A DNA stretch of 64,000 bases. Origin: Candidatus Omnitrophota bacterium. GTDB taxonomy: Bacteria > Hinthialibacterota > Hinthialibacteria > Hinthialibacterales > Hinthialibacteraceae. Every line of letters starts with the position of its first letter. Position 1 is the stretch's first letter. The stretch spans positions 71,879 through 135,878 of the forward strand of contig QZKN01000085.1 of NCBI GenBank assembly GCA_003598175.1. The letters run 5' to 3'. Made by a program: the position numbers and the translations under genes. Below, piece by piece: positions 46,810 through 56,478 of this stretch. The notes under the pieces are model-generated. The model worked only from the letters and a program-made list of their open reading frames with translations, was not told the DNA's origin and ran no database searches.

Positions 46810-48777
46810 ATGTTTATGAAATCACGTTTTGTTTTTATTTCGATAGTGATGCTGATGAACTATTTTTCCTTTCATACCGTGTTTGCCAATAACACGAATT
46901 ATCTCGTGAATCGCGAACCTCTTTTGCAGACTCAATTTGTCAGCCTGCCGCTGGGGGCAGTCAAACCGGCGGGATGGTTGAAGGATCAATTGACCATTCA
47001 AGCCGAGGGATTAACCGGACATCTCGATGAATTCTGGCCTTCGCTGGCAAAATCCGCCTGGAAGGGCGATGAAGAAGGCGAGGCGTGGGAACGAGGCCCT
47101 TATTACTTGGATGGTTTGGTCCCTCTCGCCTATTTGTTGGAGGATCAGCGACTCATCGACAAAGCCAAAATCTATATCGAATGGATCCTGAACAGCGGGC
47201 AGCCGGATGGATGGTTTGGGCCGGCAAAAAATAAGGATCGCTGGCCATTGGCCGTGGCCATGAAAGTATTGACGCAATATCACGAAGCCGCCAACGACGC
47301 CCGCGTTCTTCCACTATTGAAAAATTATTTCACCTTCCTGAAAAACAATCCGCCCGACTGGCCGGATAAGGAATGGCGCGGCGTGCGCGCCATGGAAAAT
47401 GCGGTTACAGCCTATTGGCTCTATCGCCGAACCGGCGACCCGCTTATTTTGGATGTGGTGGATTCCATTTTCAACAATAGCTTCGATTGGACGAATTATT
47501 TCTCGAATTTCCCCTATCCTACGGAGGTCTTAAAAAAAGGTATTCAATACGGCCACCCCAGCCACGTCGTCAATATCGCCATGGCGATCAAACACCCCGG
47601 CGTCTGGTACCAGCAATCGCGCGATGAAAAACATAAAAATGCCGTTGCCGCCGGATTGAAAAGTCTCGACCAGTATCATGGTCAGGTAACCGGCCGCTTT
47701 TCCGGCGACGAACACCTCGCCGGTTTGCGCCCGACGCAGGGCACGGAATTGTGCGGCGTGGTGGAGTTCATGTTTTCGTTGGAAAAACTGATCGAAGCGC
47801 TCGGCGATCCCCGATTGGCGGACCGGTTGGAATTGCTTGCCTACAACGCCAATCCCGGAACCTGCACGCCCGATTATTGGGCGCATCAATACGATCAGCA
47901 GGCCAATCAGGTTCTCTGCACCATCGACAAGCGGGAATGGAGCACGAACAGCGATACATCCAACATCTACGGCCTGGAGCCGAATTTTGGCTGCTGCACG
48001 GCGAATATGCATCAGGGTTGGCCAAAATTCGTCTCGCACATGTGGATGGCCACGCAGGATAATGGCCTTGCCGCCATTTGTTACGGCCCCAGCCAGGTGA
48101 AAGCAAAAGTGGCAAATGGCGTGAACGTGACAATTCTTGAAGAAACCGAGTATCCCTTCGACGGACGTATTCATTTAACCGTGCAGCTCGATCAACCGGT
48201 GAATTTCAGCCTGTATCTGCGCGTGCCGGCTTGGGCGGATGGAGCGACGTTGAACGTGAGTGGCAAGAAAATGCCCGTCGATGCCGGCACGTTCGCCGCC
48301 GTGACGCGCCTATGGAAAGCCGGCGACTCCATCGAGTTGAATTTGCCGATGAAAATCCGAACCGAAACCCGCTACAACAACGCCGTTTCCATAATACGCG
48401 GACCCATTTATTATTCCCTCAAAATCGGAGAACAGTTTGAAGCCATCAAAAAATATCATGAAACGCTGCCGGTCACGGATTGGGCGGTGTATCCCACTAC
48501 AAAATGGAACTACGGGTTGATCCTCGATCGAGAAAATCCGGAAAACTCGCTCACCGTGCAGACGAACCTGATCAGCAAGATTCCCTTCGAGCACGATAAC
48601 GTTCCGGTGGTATTGAAAGCGAAGGGAAAATTGATTCCCCCATGGACTCTCGTAAACAATTCCGCCGGAGAAACGCCGGCAAGTCCCGTAGTCTCGGATC
48701 AACCGGCTGAGGATTTGGAATTGATCCCTTACGGCTGCACACGTTTGCGGATTACGGAATTTCCGGTGGTGGAGTGA
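46810..48777 (+). CDS. Secreted glycoside hydrolase family 127 (beta-L-arabinofuranosidase-like)
   Basis: Signal peptide; WERGPYYLDG, GTELC, LEPNFGCCTANMHQGWPKF, LIPYGCTRLRITEFP. Confidence 0.85.
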   Translation: MFMKSRFVFISIVMLMNYFSFHTVFANNTNYLVNREPLLQTQFVSLPLGAVKPAGWLKDQLTIQAEGLTGHLDEFWPSLAKSAWKGDEEGEAWERGPYYLDGLVPLAYLLEDQRLIDKAKIYIEWILNSGQPDGWFGPAKNKDRWPLAVAMKVLTQYHEAANDARVLPLLKNYFTFLKNNPPDWPDKEWRGVRAMENAVTAYWLYRRTGDPLILDVVDSIFNNSFDWTNYFSNFPYPTEVLKKGIQYGHPSHVVNIAMAIKHPGVWYQQSRDEKHKNAVAAGLKSLDQYHGQVTGRFSGDEHLAGLRPTQGTELCGVVEFMFSLEKLIEALGDPRLADRLELLAYNANPGTCTPDYWAHQYDQQANQVLCTIDKREWSTNSDTSNIYGLEPNFGCCTANMHQGWPKFVSHMWMATQDNGLAAICYGPSQVKAKVANGVNVTILEETEYPFDGRIHLTVQLDQPVNFSLYLRVPAWADGATLNVSGKKMPVDAGTFAAVTRLWKAGDSIELNLPMKIRTETRYNNAVSIIRGPIYYSLKIGEQFEAIKKYHETLPVTDWAVYPTTKWNYGLILDRENPENSLTVQTNLISKIPFEHDNVPVVLKAKGKLIPPWTLVNNSAGETPASPVVSDQPAEDLELIPYGCTRLRITEFPVVE

Positions 48778-48875
48778 TGCTTTTTTTCAACATTGAAAAC
48801 AGAAAGTAGGATAGAATTTGATGTATCCTGTCTAGCATGTGTAATTGTTTGACAGGATGATTAAATAGAAAAAAG

Positions 48876-49181
48876 GTGGATGAGGATTCGAAATTGAATC
48901 TTTATGAAGTCATATGGAAAGAAGAATTCGTTGAAAAAATCGCAGCAAAGCATGGTGTTACCTGCGATGAAGTTGAAGAAGTGTTATTCTCACGACCTCA
49001 TGTGTGTTTGATCGAGAAGGGACATGTGAAAGGTGAAAATTTATACGTAGCTTATGGACAAACCCAGGCGGGAAGATATTTGGTTGTATTCTTTGTATGT
49101 AAACAAAGAATAAGGGCTTTACCAATTTCAGCCCGCAACATGACCAAAGCAGAACAAAGGTACTATAATGCACAAAAGTGA
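48876..49181 (+). CDS. brnT: BrnT family toxin
   Basis: KHGVTCDEVEEV, GQTQAGRYLVVFF, ISARNMT. Confidence 0.85.
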   Translation: MDEDSKLNLYEVIWKEEFVEKIAAKHGVTCDEVEEVLFSRPHVCLIEKGHVKGENLYVAYGQTQAGRYLVVFFVCKQRIRALPISARNMTKAEQRYYNAQK

Positions 49182-49437
49182 ACCAACCGATCCAATACCG
49201 GAAACGTTTACCGGTTATGAAGAAGCGGCGGAGTTTTGGGATTCGCATGATACGACGGATTATCCCGATGCGTTCCGCACAATAGAAGTAGTGAGTGAAT
49301 TCAGGCAACGTAGTTATGAGATTGAAATTGATGCCGATGTGATTGCGACGCTTCGCACGCATGCCCGTCGAAAAGGGATTTCACCGACGCACTTGGCAAA
49401 CGATCTTCTACGGCGGCAACTCACCTCGATAAAATGA
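49168..49437 (+). CDS. BrnA/CopG-like antitoxin
   Basis: IPETFTGYEEAAEFWDSHDTTDY, C-terminal ARRKGIS RHH-like; overlaps brnT. Confidence 0.8.
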   Translation: MHKSEPTDPIPETFTGYEEAAEFWDSHDTTDYPDAFRTIEVVSEFRQRSYEIEIDADVIATLRTHARRKGISPTHLANDLLRRQLTSIK

Positions 49438-49497
49438 ATCGTTGAATTGGAAGATTACTGAAATAATATAACATAAAAGATGAGCAATGGATGATCA

Positions 49498-49716
49498 ATG
49501 AAAGATTATTACATCGATATTTTTTATAGTGTGGATGACGGGGGATATATCGCCGATATCCCTGACCTTGCTTACTGCTCCGCTTTTGGAGAGACGCCCG
49601 AAGAAGCTCTGAAAGAAGTATTGATCGCAAAGGAAACCTGGTTGGAAACCGCCAAAGCGGAGAATCGTGTCATTCCGGAGCCGATGTATCAACCGATTTA
49701 CTATAAAATGGCTTGA
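49498..49716 (+). CDS. hicB: HicB family antitoxin (orphan)
   Basis: DGGYIADIPDLAYCSAFGETPEEALKE...IPEP; no adjacent hicA ORF. Confidence 0.85.
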   Translation: MKDYYIDIFYSVDDGGYIADIPDLAYCSAFGETPEEALKEVLIAKETWLETAKAENRVIPEPMYQPIYYKMA

Positions 49717-49830
49717 AATCGGCTCCCAATTCGTAAGAGCATCGTATTCGGTTCACGAGCCCGAAGGAGCGCCACGCCGGATTTCGATATGGATGTTTTG
49801 GCGCTGTTGGATTGGACGTCTTTCGAATAA
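49717..49830 (+). pseudogene. Start-less minimal nucleotidyltransferase remnant
   Basis: In the hicB frame after its stop: NRLPIRKSIVFGSRARRSATPDFDMDVLALLD...*. Confidence 0.7.
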
Positions 49831-49846
49831 TGGAAATCAAGTAGAT

Positions 49847-49888
49847 GTAGGGTGAACTCAAACCGCGCCGTTTGCGGTTTAGCCCACC
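49847..49888 (+). repeat. REP-like GTAG-initiated hairpin
   Basis: GTAG-GGTGAACTCAAACCGC-gccgttt-GCGGTTTAGCCCACC imperfect palindrome. Confidence 0.55.
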
Positions 49889-50073
49889 ACTGATTCTTGC
49901 CCTTGTCAGCAGACGGTTGTAATATTTTATAACAATGAGAGATAGAATGACAAAAATAATTTCTCAAGATACTCAAAAAGTATGGGATCCTAATTTTATC
50001 GACAACGCGGATGAATCATAAGTAAAATTATAAGATTTTAAAATTAACCAAGAAATAGAAGAAAGGAATAATA

Positions 50074-51294
50074 ATGAGAAATGATAGTGGAGTTTCACGC
50101 AGAACTTTTTTGAGAACGAGTGTTGTTGCCGCATCTGCAGGACTGACGGCTTCAGTGGCTGTTGCAGAGAAGAGCGACATACCAAATGGCGCGAAAGACT
50201 CTGTCCTGACATCAACCTACAAATCATACTCAGGTCATGATGTGACGTCCGATGCCGTCCATGCTGGAGAAGATAGCGACAGTTCATCCTATCCAATATA
50301 CCAGGGAACTACGAACCAAGGTCGTTATTCTCGCGATAGTAATCCGACGATTGACTCGGTTGAGGTTAAACTCAAAGAACTTGAGGGCGCCGAGCACGGT
50401 GTTGCAGCAGCCTCTGGCATGGCCGCTATCAGCCAGACTTTGCTCACATTCCTTAAGCAGGATTCCCGAATGGTGTACCATCGTTGCGTTTATGATGGAA
50501 CAATTGGATTGGTGGATTCGGTCCTGACACCGAGTGGTATCGACTGTGTTTCTATCGATATGACCAATCTGACTCAACTGAAAACGGCCCTGTCAAAGAA
50601 GACCGATGTAGTGTATTTCGAAGTCCATAGCAATCCGACTTTGGATGTCGTTGACGTGCCTGCGGCCGTGAAATTAGCGAAGGATGCGGGGGCTATGGTT
50701 ATTGTAGATAATACATGGCTTACGCCCTACCTGATTCAACCTATTGCACTGGGGGCTGACATCGTAATCCACAGCGCTACAAAGTACATGATGGGCCACG
50801 GTAACGGTCTTGCTGGAATTGCATGCGGTCCGCGAGAACTACTCCAGCGGGTACACCAAACACGCATGTATGTTGGCGGCATTATGGCGCCGTTTAACGC
50901 ATTCCTTCTTCACCAAGGCTTGAAGACGTTGCCCATGAGAATGGAACGGCATTGCGCCAATGCTAAAAGAGTAGCTGAATTCCTGAACGATCATCCAAAA
51001 ATCAAGCGCGTCCATTATCCCGGCCTTCCAAATGATCCAGGGCACGCCGTTGCTAGCAAACAACTTAACGGTTTCGGAGGGATGCTGGGATTTGAAACCA
51101 AAGAAAAATTGGGATTGAAAGTAGAACTCTGTAAGAAATGGGTGAGCCTGGGAGACGTGGAGACATTAGTTGTCAGATGGCCCGGTAGGGATGATCGGAG
51201 AGGGATACCGGATAACTACTGGCGAATGTCCGTTGGAATCGAAGATTCAGACGATATCATCAATGATTTGAAACAAGCGCTAGACAAAGCCTAG
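50074..51294 (+). CDS. Cys/Met metabolism PLP enzyme (methionine gamma-lyase/cystathionine lyase family) with Tat signal
   Basis: SRRTFLR twin-arginine leader; YSRDSNPT, SGMAAI, VDNTW, HSATKYM, SLGDVETL, RMSVGIED. Confidence 0.85.
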   Translation: MRNDSGVSRRTFLRTSVVAASAGLTASVAVAEKSDIPNGAKDSVLTSTYKSYSGHDVTSDAVHAGEDSDSSSYPIYQGTTNQGRYSRDSNPTIDSVEVKLKELEGAEHGVAAASGMAAISQTLLTFLKQDSRMVYHRCVYDGTIGLVDSVLTPSGIDCVSIDMTNLTQLKTALSKKTDVVYFEVHSNPTLDVVDVPAAVKLAKDAGAMVIVDNTWLTPYLIQPIALGADIVIHSATKYMMGHGNGLAGIACGPRELLQRVHQTRMYVGGIMAPFNAFLLHQGLKTLPMRMERHCANAKRVAEFLNDHPKIKRVHYPGLPNDPGHAVASKQLNGFGGMLGFETKEKLGLKVELCKKWVSLGDVETLVVRWPGRDDRRGIPDNYWRMSVGIEDSDDIINDLKQALDKA

Positions 51295-51425
51295 CAAGAT
51301 GCGTGAAGTCTTTTGCCCAATTAACTCATGAATCCATGAAGACGGATAAGTACTATGTGGTTAAAGTGTCATTGATCCAAAACACCAAACCTTCTTGTTG
51401 ATCACATATAGATGCGGAGTGAACC

Positions 51426-51453
51426 TTGACTGGATACGCCAATGGCGTACCAT
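51426..51453 (+). promoter_or_regulatory. higBA promoter with overlapping palindromic operator
   Basis: TTGACT-16 nt-TACCAT, with palindrome TACGCCA-A-TGGCGTA at 51435-51449. The toxin ATG begins 6 nt after the -10 box. Confidence 0.65.
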
Positions 51454-51458
51454 GCATC

Positions 51459-51749
51459 ATGTTTTTCATCGAAACCTCCATTTTTACGAAGGAAATTCAA
51501 AGCCTGATAGCGGATGATGATTATCGGATGCTCCAAACTTCATTGATGTTTCGTCCGGATGCAGGAAGTTTGATCAGAGGAAGTGGAGGTTTGCGAAAAA
51601 TACGTTGGAATCTTTGTGGTAAGAGGAAAAGAGGCGCTTTGCGAGTGATTTATTATTGGATCCCTCCTTCCACTATTTACATGCTTTTACCCTACAAGAA
51701 AACCGCACAAGAAGTTTTGACGCCGGAACAGCGGAAGATACTCCGGTGA
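51459..51749 (+). CDS. higB: RelE/HigB-2 family toxin (probably 8 aa short at C-terminus)
   Basis: FIETSIFTK, GSGGLRKIRW, RGALRVIYY. After the TGA at 51747 the frame continues MVKELLK to a TGA overlapping the higA start. Confidence 0.8.
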   Translation: MFFIETSIFTKEIQSLIADDDYRMLQTSLMFRPDAGSLIRGSGGLRKIRWNLCGKRKRGALRVIYYWIPPSTIYMLLPYKKTAQEVLTPEQRKILR

Positions 51750-51769
51750 ATGGTAAAGGAATTATTAAA

Positions 51770-52060
51770 ATGAAGAAAGACCATTTTGAAAAACTCGTCG
51801 CAAGTATTCAAGAAGCCGGAGAAATAAAAGCCGGACGCAAAGCGCCAGGCCGCGTGTTTGAAATCAAGCCCCCGGATATCAAACTGGTGCGTGAGAAACT
51901 CAATGTCTCTCAAAATGAATTCGCTCTCATGATCGGAGTCAGTGTTCGGACCTTGCAGAACTGGGAACAAGGCAGAAGAAAACCGGAAGGACCCGCACAG
52001 GCTTTATTGCGCATTGCATCGAAGAATCCCCAAACGATTCTTGATGCCTTGGAATCGTAG
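51770..52060 (+). CDS. higA: HigA-type HTH antitoxin
   Basis: VREKLNVSQNEFALMIGVSVRTLQNWEQGRRKPEGPAQALL. Confidence 0.9.
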   Translation: MKKDHFEKLVASIQEAGEIKAGRKAPGRVFEIKPPDIKLVREKLNVSQNEFALMIGVSVRTLQNWEQGRRKPEGPAQALLRIASKNPQTILDALES

Positions 52061-52269
52061 AGCGATTGTGTTTATTTAATCCATCGTAAAATGGATTGAA
52101 TTAAATTCAAGAGTATTGAATTTCGTGGCGGCGTCATTAGCTTGTTCATGATTGGAGGAATGCCAAAAAAGAATTTTATAACGTGAAAGAGTCAAGTCGT
52201 ATAGATTGGAATTAAAAAAAGACTTATTCATGCAGGACTTACATTTTGAAATCAACAAGGAGAATCGAT

Positions 52270-53616
52270 ATGGATCGCAGAAGTTTCCTTCAGGCCGGCG
52301 CAGCCGGGTTGGCGTTGTCGGCGATCGGCGGTCATGCCGCCGAATTCGCGGATAGAAAAAAACGGTACGGCTTGATCGGCTGTGGTTGGTATGGAAAAAG
52401 CGCACTGTTCCGCATGTTGCAGATCGCGCCGGTCGAGGTCGTGGCATTGTGCGACGTGGACAGCCGCATGGCGGCCGAAGCGGCGGAAATGGTGGCCGAA
52501 CGGCAGGTTTCCAGGATAAAACCGCGCATATATGGCGACTACCGCGAAATGCTCAAGCAAGAACAATTCGACATCGTGCAGGTGTCCACGCCCGATCATT
52601 GGCACTGCCTGCCCATGATCGAAGCCGTCAAGGCCGGCGCGGATGTGTACGTCGAGAAACCCATCAGCGTCGATGTGGTCGAAGGCCAGTCCATGCTCGC
52701 CGCCGCCCGCAAATACAACCGCGTGGTGCAGGTCAACATGCAGCGCCGCAGCACGCCGCATCTCATCGAAGCCCGCGATACCATCATCAAGGAAGGTAAA
52801 CTCGGCAAAATCGGAATGGTGGAAATGTACTGCTATTATCATATGCGCAATCGCCGCAATCCCCCCGACGCCGAACCGCCCGAACACCTCGATTACGAAA
52901 TGTGGACCGGTCCTGCGCCCATGCGTCCTTACAATGAAATCTGCCACCCGCGCGGCTGGCGCGCCTTTATGGAATACGGCAACGGCATCGTCGGCGATAT
53001 GTGCGTGCACATGTACGATATGGTCCGTTGGTTGCTCGATCTCGGCTGGCCGCAACGCATCAGCTCGTCCGGCGGCATCTTTATCGATCCGAATAGCAAA
53101 GCCAACATATCCGACACACAATCCGCCATCTTCCATCACGATGGATTGGATGTCGTTTGGCAGCATCGAACCTGGGGCAGCACGCCCGATCCCCAATATC
53201 CGTGGGGCGCCACCATTTACGGCGACAAAGGCACGTTGAAGGCAAGCGTAATGGGCTACGATTTCATCCCGCAGGGCAGGGGAGAAGCGATTCACAAAGA
53301 CGTGACGTACGAATACGAGCAGTTTCCCGAAGACCGCACGGAAAAGGATCTCGAACGCCACGTCGCCCCCGCGATCCGTTATCACATGAAAAATTTCCTC
53401 GCCTGCATCGAAAACCGCAGCCGCCCGGTGTCCGACATCGAGGAAGGCTACATTACCGGCGCCAGCTGCATCCTTGCCAACCTCGCCATGAAAACCGGCC
53501 GAACTCTCGTTTACGATCCGGTTGTGGGACAGATTGTGGGAGATGAGGAAGCGAACCGGCTTTTACGACGACCTTATCGAGAACCGTGGGTGCACCCGGA
53601 TCCGAATAGTGTCTGA
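52270..53616 (+). CDS. Tat-exported Gfo/Idh/MocA oxidoreductase
   Basis: MDRRSFLQ, IGCGWYG, TPDHWH, VYVEKP, WTGPAP, YGNGIVGDMCVH; SD AAGGAG upstream. Confidence 0.9.
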   Translation: MDRRSFLQAGAAGLALSAIGGHAAEFADRKKRYGLIGCGWYGKSALFRMLQIAPVEVVALCDVDSRMAAEAAEMVAERQVSRIKPRIYGDYREMLKQEQFDIVQVSTPDHWHCLPMIEAVKAGADVYVEKPISVDVVEGQSMLAAARKYNRVVQVNMQRRSTPHLIEARDTIIKEGKLGKIGMVEMYCYYHMRNRRNPPDAEPPEHLDYEMWTGPAPMRPYNEICHPRGWRAFMEYGNGIVGDMCVHMYDMVRWLLDLGWPQRISSSGGIFIDPNSKANISDTQSAIFHHDGLDVVWQHRTWGSTPDPQYPWGATIYGDKGTLKASVMGYDFIPQGRGEAIHKDVTYEYEQFPEDRTEKDLERHVAPAIRYHMKNFLACIENRSRPVSDIEEGYITGASCILANLAMKTGRTLVYDPVVGQIVGDEEANRLLRRPYREPWVHPDPNSV

Positions 53617-53629
53617 CAATGATGAATAA

Positions 53630-53875
53630 ATATCTGTGAATCAACAAATTTCGATTGGCGTAGTTGGACGCTTTACCAATCTCGGGCATTATTTGATTAT
53701 CACGGTATATGAGGTAACCGATTGAGGCGGTGTCATGATATATGGCTATCCATGCGAATATTGCAAAGGAACAGTGCAACCACGAACCGTAAAACGGGAG
53801 GCATTCAAACACAAAAGGGGAAGTTTTTTCCGTAAGGCGAATTCCGTCTGTTCCGGCGTTTGGGTCTGTATGTAG
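53630..53875 (+). pseudogene. Remnant of DUF4258 toxin / YgiT-type zinc-finger antitoxin pair
   Basis: 53630-53725 reads ...IGVVGRFTNLGHYLIITVYEVTD*. After SD GAGG, 53735-53875 reads [29 protein letters not shown] then diverges. Confidence 0.65.
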
Positions 53876-53928
53876 TTCCAACGATTGCCAATGCGATGAA
53901 CATAGGTGTCCACACAAAAGTGCTGAGA

Positions 53929-56478
53929 TCACCCAACCACAACAAACTCAGAGGAATAGGTACGCACCAGATCCACATGGCAGGGTCGTGCGCGAACGGC
54001 AAAACCATGCCGTCCGCTTTCCTCGCAGGGAACATCCACGGCAAATGTATGGATACCGTCGTTATTCGAATCCAGATGTCTGGTCAGGTAGATTCTTCCA
54101 TTGCAGAAGTTTCCCATCGAATCCAAACGGCCGCATTGCACTTCCACCGCCACATCTTCCGGCGTGATTTGCCCCAGCTGAATCCGCACGGTTACGGTTA
54201 AATCCTCGCCCACGTATAATTCTTCGGCATTGGTTTGAATGTCAAGTATTTTTACCTGATGCCATACTTCTTGAATTTTCTTGTGCCAGGCGGACAATTC
54301 TTTGGCTTTCCTGTATGATTCCGCGTACATCGCCGAGCCGTATTGGTGGGCGGGGAGATAGAGATTTTCGGTGTATTCCTTCACCATGCGATGGGTGTTG
54401 AAGGTTTGCCCGAGCGACTTCATGGCGGATTTCATTTTTGAAATCCATTTTCGCGGCAAACTGGAACCATTGCGGTCATAAAATAAAGGAATGACTTCAT
54501 GCTCGAGACAGTTATAGAGCGCTTGGCTTTCGACCCGGTCCTGATAATCGTTGTCGGCATACTCCTCGCCGCCGCCGATCGCCCATCCCACATCCGGATG
54601 ATATCCCTCGCACCACCAGCCGTCCAAAATGCTGAGATTCAACCCACCGTTTGCCGCCGCTTTCATTCCGCTGGTGCCGGAGGCTTCCAACGGACGGCGC
54701 GGCGTATTCATCCACACGTCGACTCCCTGCACCAAATAACGGGCCACGTTGATGTCATAATCCTCCACGAAGACGAAATGGCTGCGATAGGGCTCGTCGC
54801 GAATGAAATGGATGATGGATTTGATGATCTCTTTTCCGGGAATATCCTGCGGATGCGCTTTGCCGGCGAAAATAAACTGAATGGGACGTTCTGAGTCGGA
54901 TATCAATTTCCTTAGCCGTTCCTGATCGGAAAAAAGAAGAGCCGCTCGTTTATAGGTGGCAAACCGCCTTGCGAATCCAATGGTCAACGCATGAGGATCG
55001 AGAACTTCCTCCGCGGCGTTGATCTCGAATTGATGCGCGCCGCGGCGGAGCAATTGTTGCTTAAGCCGTTTTCTGACGAAAAAGACGAGACGCTCCCGCC
55101 GCCGCTGATGGGTTCGCCAAAGTTCCACGTCGGGAATCCGATCGATTCGATCCCACACATCGAATTCCCACGGTTTCTGCACAAATCGCGGACCCAAATA
55201 CGATTCAAAAAGATCCAACATATCGTGACTGATCCACGACCGTGGATGGATGCCGTTCGTGATGTGGCTGATGGGGATTTCGTTTGCGGGCAGATTCGGC
55301 CAGATGGCGCTCCACATGTTCCGCGAAACTTCTCCGTGCAATTTGCTGACGCCGTTGCAATGAGCGGATAGTCGCAACGCCCAAACCGTCATACCGAACG
55401 GTTCTTTCGTATCTCGCGGCGTGATTCGTCCCAATCGCAGGAATTCGTCCCACGAAAGCCCCAGCGATCCCACATAGTTTTCCAAATAAAATTTCAGCAA
55501 TTCGGGCTCGAATTGTTCATTTCCTGCCGGCACGGGCGTATGGGTAGTGAACACATTCGACGCCCAGACGACTTCGCGCGCTTCCTCGAATGAAAGTTTT
55601 TCCTCTTCCATTAACATACGGATTCGTTCCAAAATCAGGAATGCCGAATGGCCTTCATTCAAATGATAGACGGTTGGCTTCAGGCCTAACGCCTTCAAGG
55701 CGCGGGTTCCGCCGATTCCCAGCAATAATTCCTGCCGCAGACGCATATCCCGGTCTCCGCCATAAAGGCGAGTGGTAATCTCGCGCGCCCAAGGCGGATT
55801 CATGGAAAAATTCGTTCCCAACAAATAAAGCCGCACATTCCCGACCTGCACCCGCCATATCCGCGCATACACCGTTTTATCGCCCATCTCGACAGTAATC
55901 AAAATCGGTTTGCCGGATTCGTCCGTTTCCAATTTGACCGGCATGTTATACCAGTCGTTTTCCGGATACTCTTCCAACTGCCACCCGTCCGAGTTTAACC
56001 GCTGTCGAAAATACCCCTCGCGATACAGCAATCCCACCGCCACGAGTGGAATCCCCATATCCGACGCGGTTTTCAAATGATCGCCGGATAACACTCCCAA
56101 CCCACCCGAATAAATGGGCAATCCCTCATCCAACCCGAATTCACAGGAAAAATAGCCAACCAGCATATCCTTGGATTCGTGATGACTCAGATCGAACCAT
56201 TTTTTATTGTAAAGATAAACGTCCAGTTCTTCCTGAATGCGCGTCAAACCGGCGACAAAACTATCGTCCTGCGCCAGCTGTTTCAAACGCCCCTGCGGCA
56301 GGCGTCCGAGCAGGGCAACCGGATTTTGATAGGATTCCTCCCACGTTTCCGCGTTCATGCGAATGAACAGGCGCACCGCTTCCCAATTCCACGAATACCA
56401 CAAATTCATGGCGATATCCTGAATGGGCTTTAATTCGTCAGGCAGGACAGGAGCAACGTAAAATGGCTGGATTTTCAT
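53929..56478 (-). CDS. glgP: Alpha-glucan (glycogen) phosphorylase
   Basis: YSGGLGVLSGDHLK, HLNEGH, FTTHTPVPAG, GFARRFATYKR, EASGTSGMK. Confidence 0.95.
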   Translation of the reverse strand: MKIQPFYVAPVLPDELKPIQDIAMNLWYSWNWEAVRLFIRMNAETWEESYQNPVALLGRLPQGRLKQLAQDDSFVAGLTRIQEELDVYLYNKKWFDLSHHESKDMLVGYFSCEFGLDEGLPIYSGGLGVLSGDHLKTASDMGIPLVAVGLLYREGYFRQRLNSDGWQLEEYPENDWYNMPVKLETDESGKPILITVEMGDKTVYARIWRVQVGNVRLYLLGTNFSMNPPWAREITTRLYGGDRDMRLRQELLLGIGGTRALKALGLKPTVYHLNEGHSAFLILERIRMLMEEEKLSFEEAREVVWASNVFTTHTPVPAGNEQFEPELLKFYLENYVGSLGLSWDEFLRLGRITPRDTKEPFGMTVWALRLSAHCNGVSKLHGEVSRNMWSAIWPNLPANEIPISHITNGIHPRSWISHDMLDLFESYLGPRFVQKPWEFDVWDRIDRIPDVELWRTHQRRRERLVFFVRKRLKQQLLRRGAHQFEINAAEEVLDPHALTIGFARRFATYKRAALLFSDQERLRKLISDSERPIQFIFAGKAHPQDIPGKEIIKSIIHFIRDEPYRSHFVFVEDYDINVARYLVQGVDVWMNTPRRPLEASGTSGMKAAANGGLNLSILDGWWCEGYHPDVGWAIGGGEEYADNDYQDRVESQALYNCLEHEVIPLFYDRNGSSLPRKWISKMKSAMKSLGQTFNTHRMVKEYTENLYLPAHQYGSAMYAESYRKAKELSAWHKKIQEVWHQVKILDIQTNAEELYVGEDLTVTVRIQLGQITPEDVAVEVQCGRLDSMGNFCNGRIYLTRHLDSNNDGIHTFAVDVPCEESGRHGFAVRARPCHVDLVRTYSSEFVVVG

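Noticed and set aside
49438-49497. Possible hicA remnant upstream of orphan hicB
   Set aside because: No convincing HicA motif in any frame.
51288-51330. GCCTAGCAAG resembling the left end of an integron attC site after the lyase gene
   Set aside because: Lacks the conserved AAC, no matching GTT right end or long hairpin found, and no integrase in the window.
52078-52123. Two short AT-rich inverted repeats after higA
   Set aside because: Could be terminator or operator, but low complexity; no function supportable.
52252-53385. 377-aa minus-strand ORF
   Set aside because: Antisense shadow of the motif-rich Tat oxidoreductase; it has no family motifs of its own.
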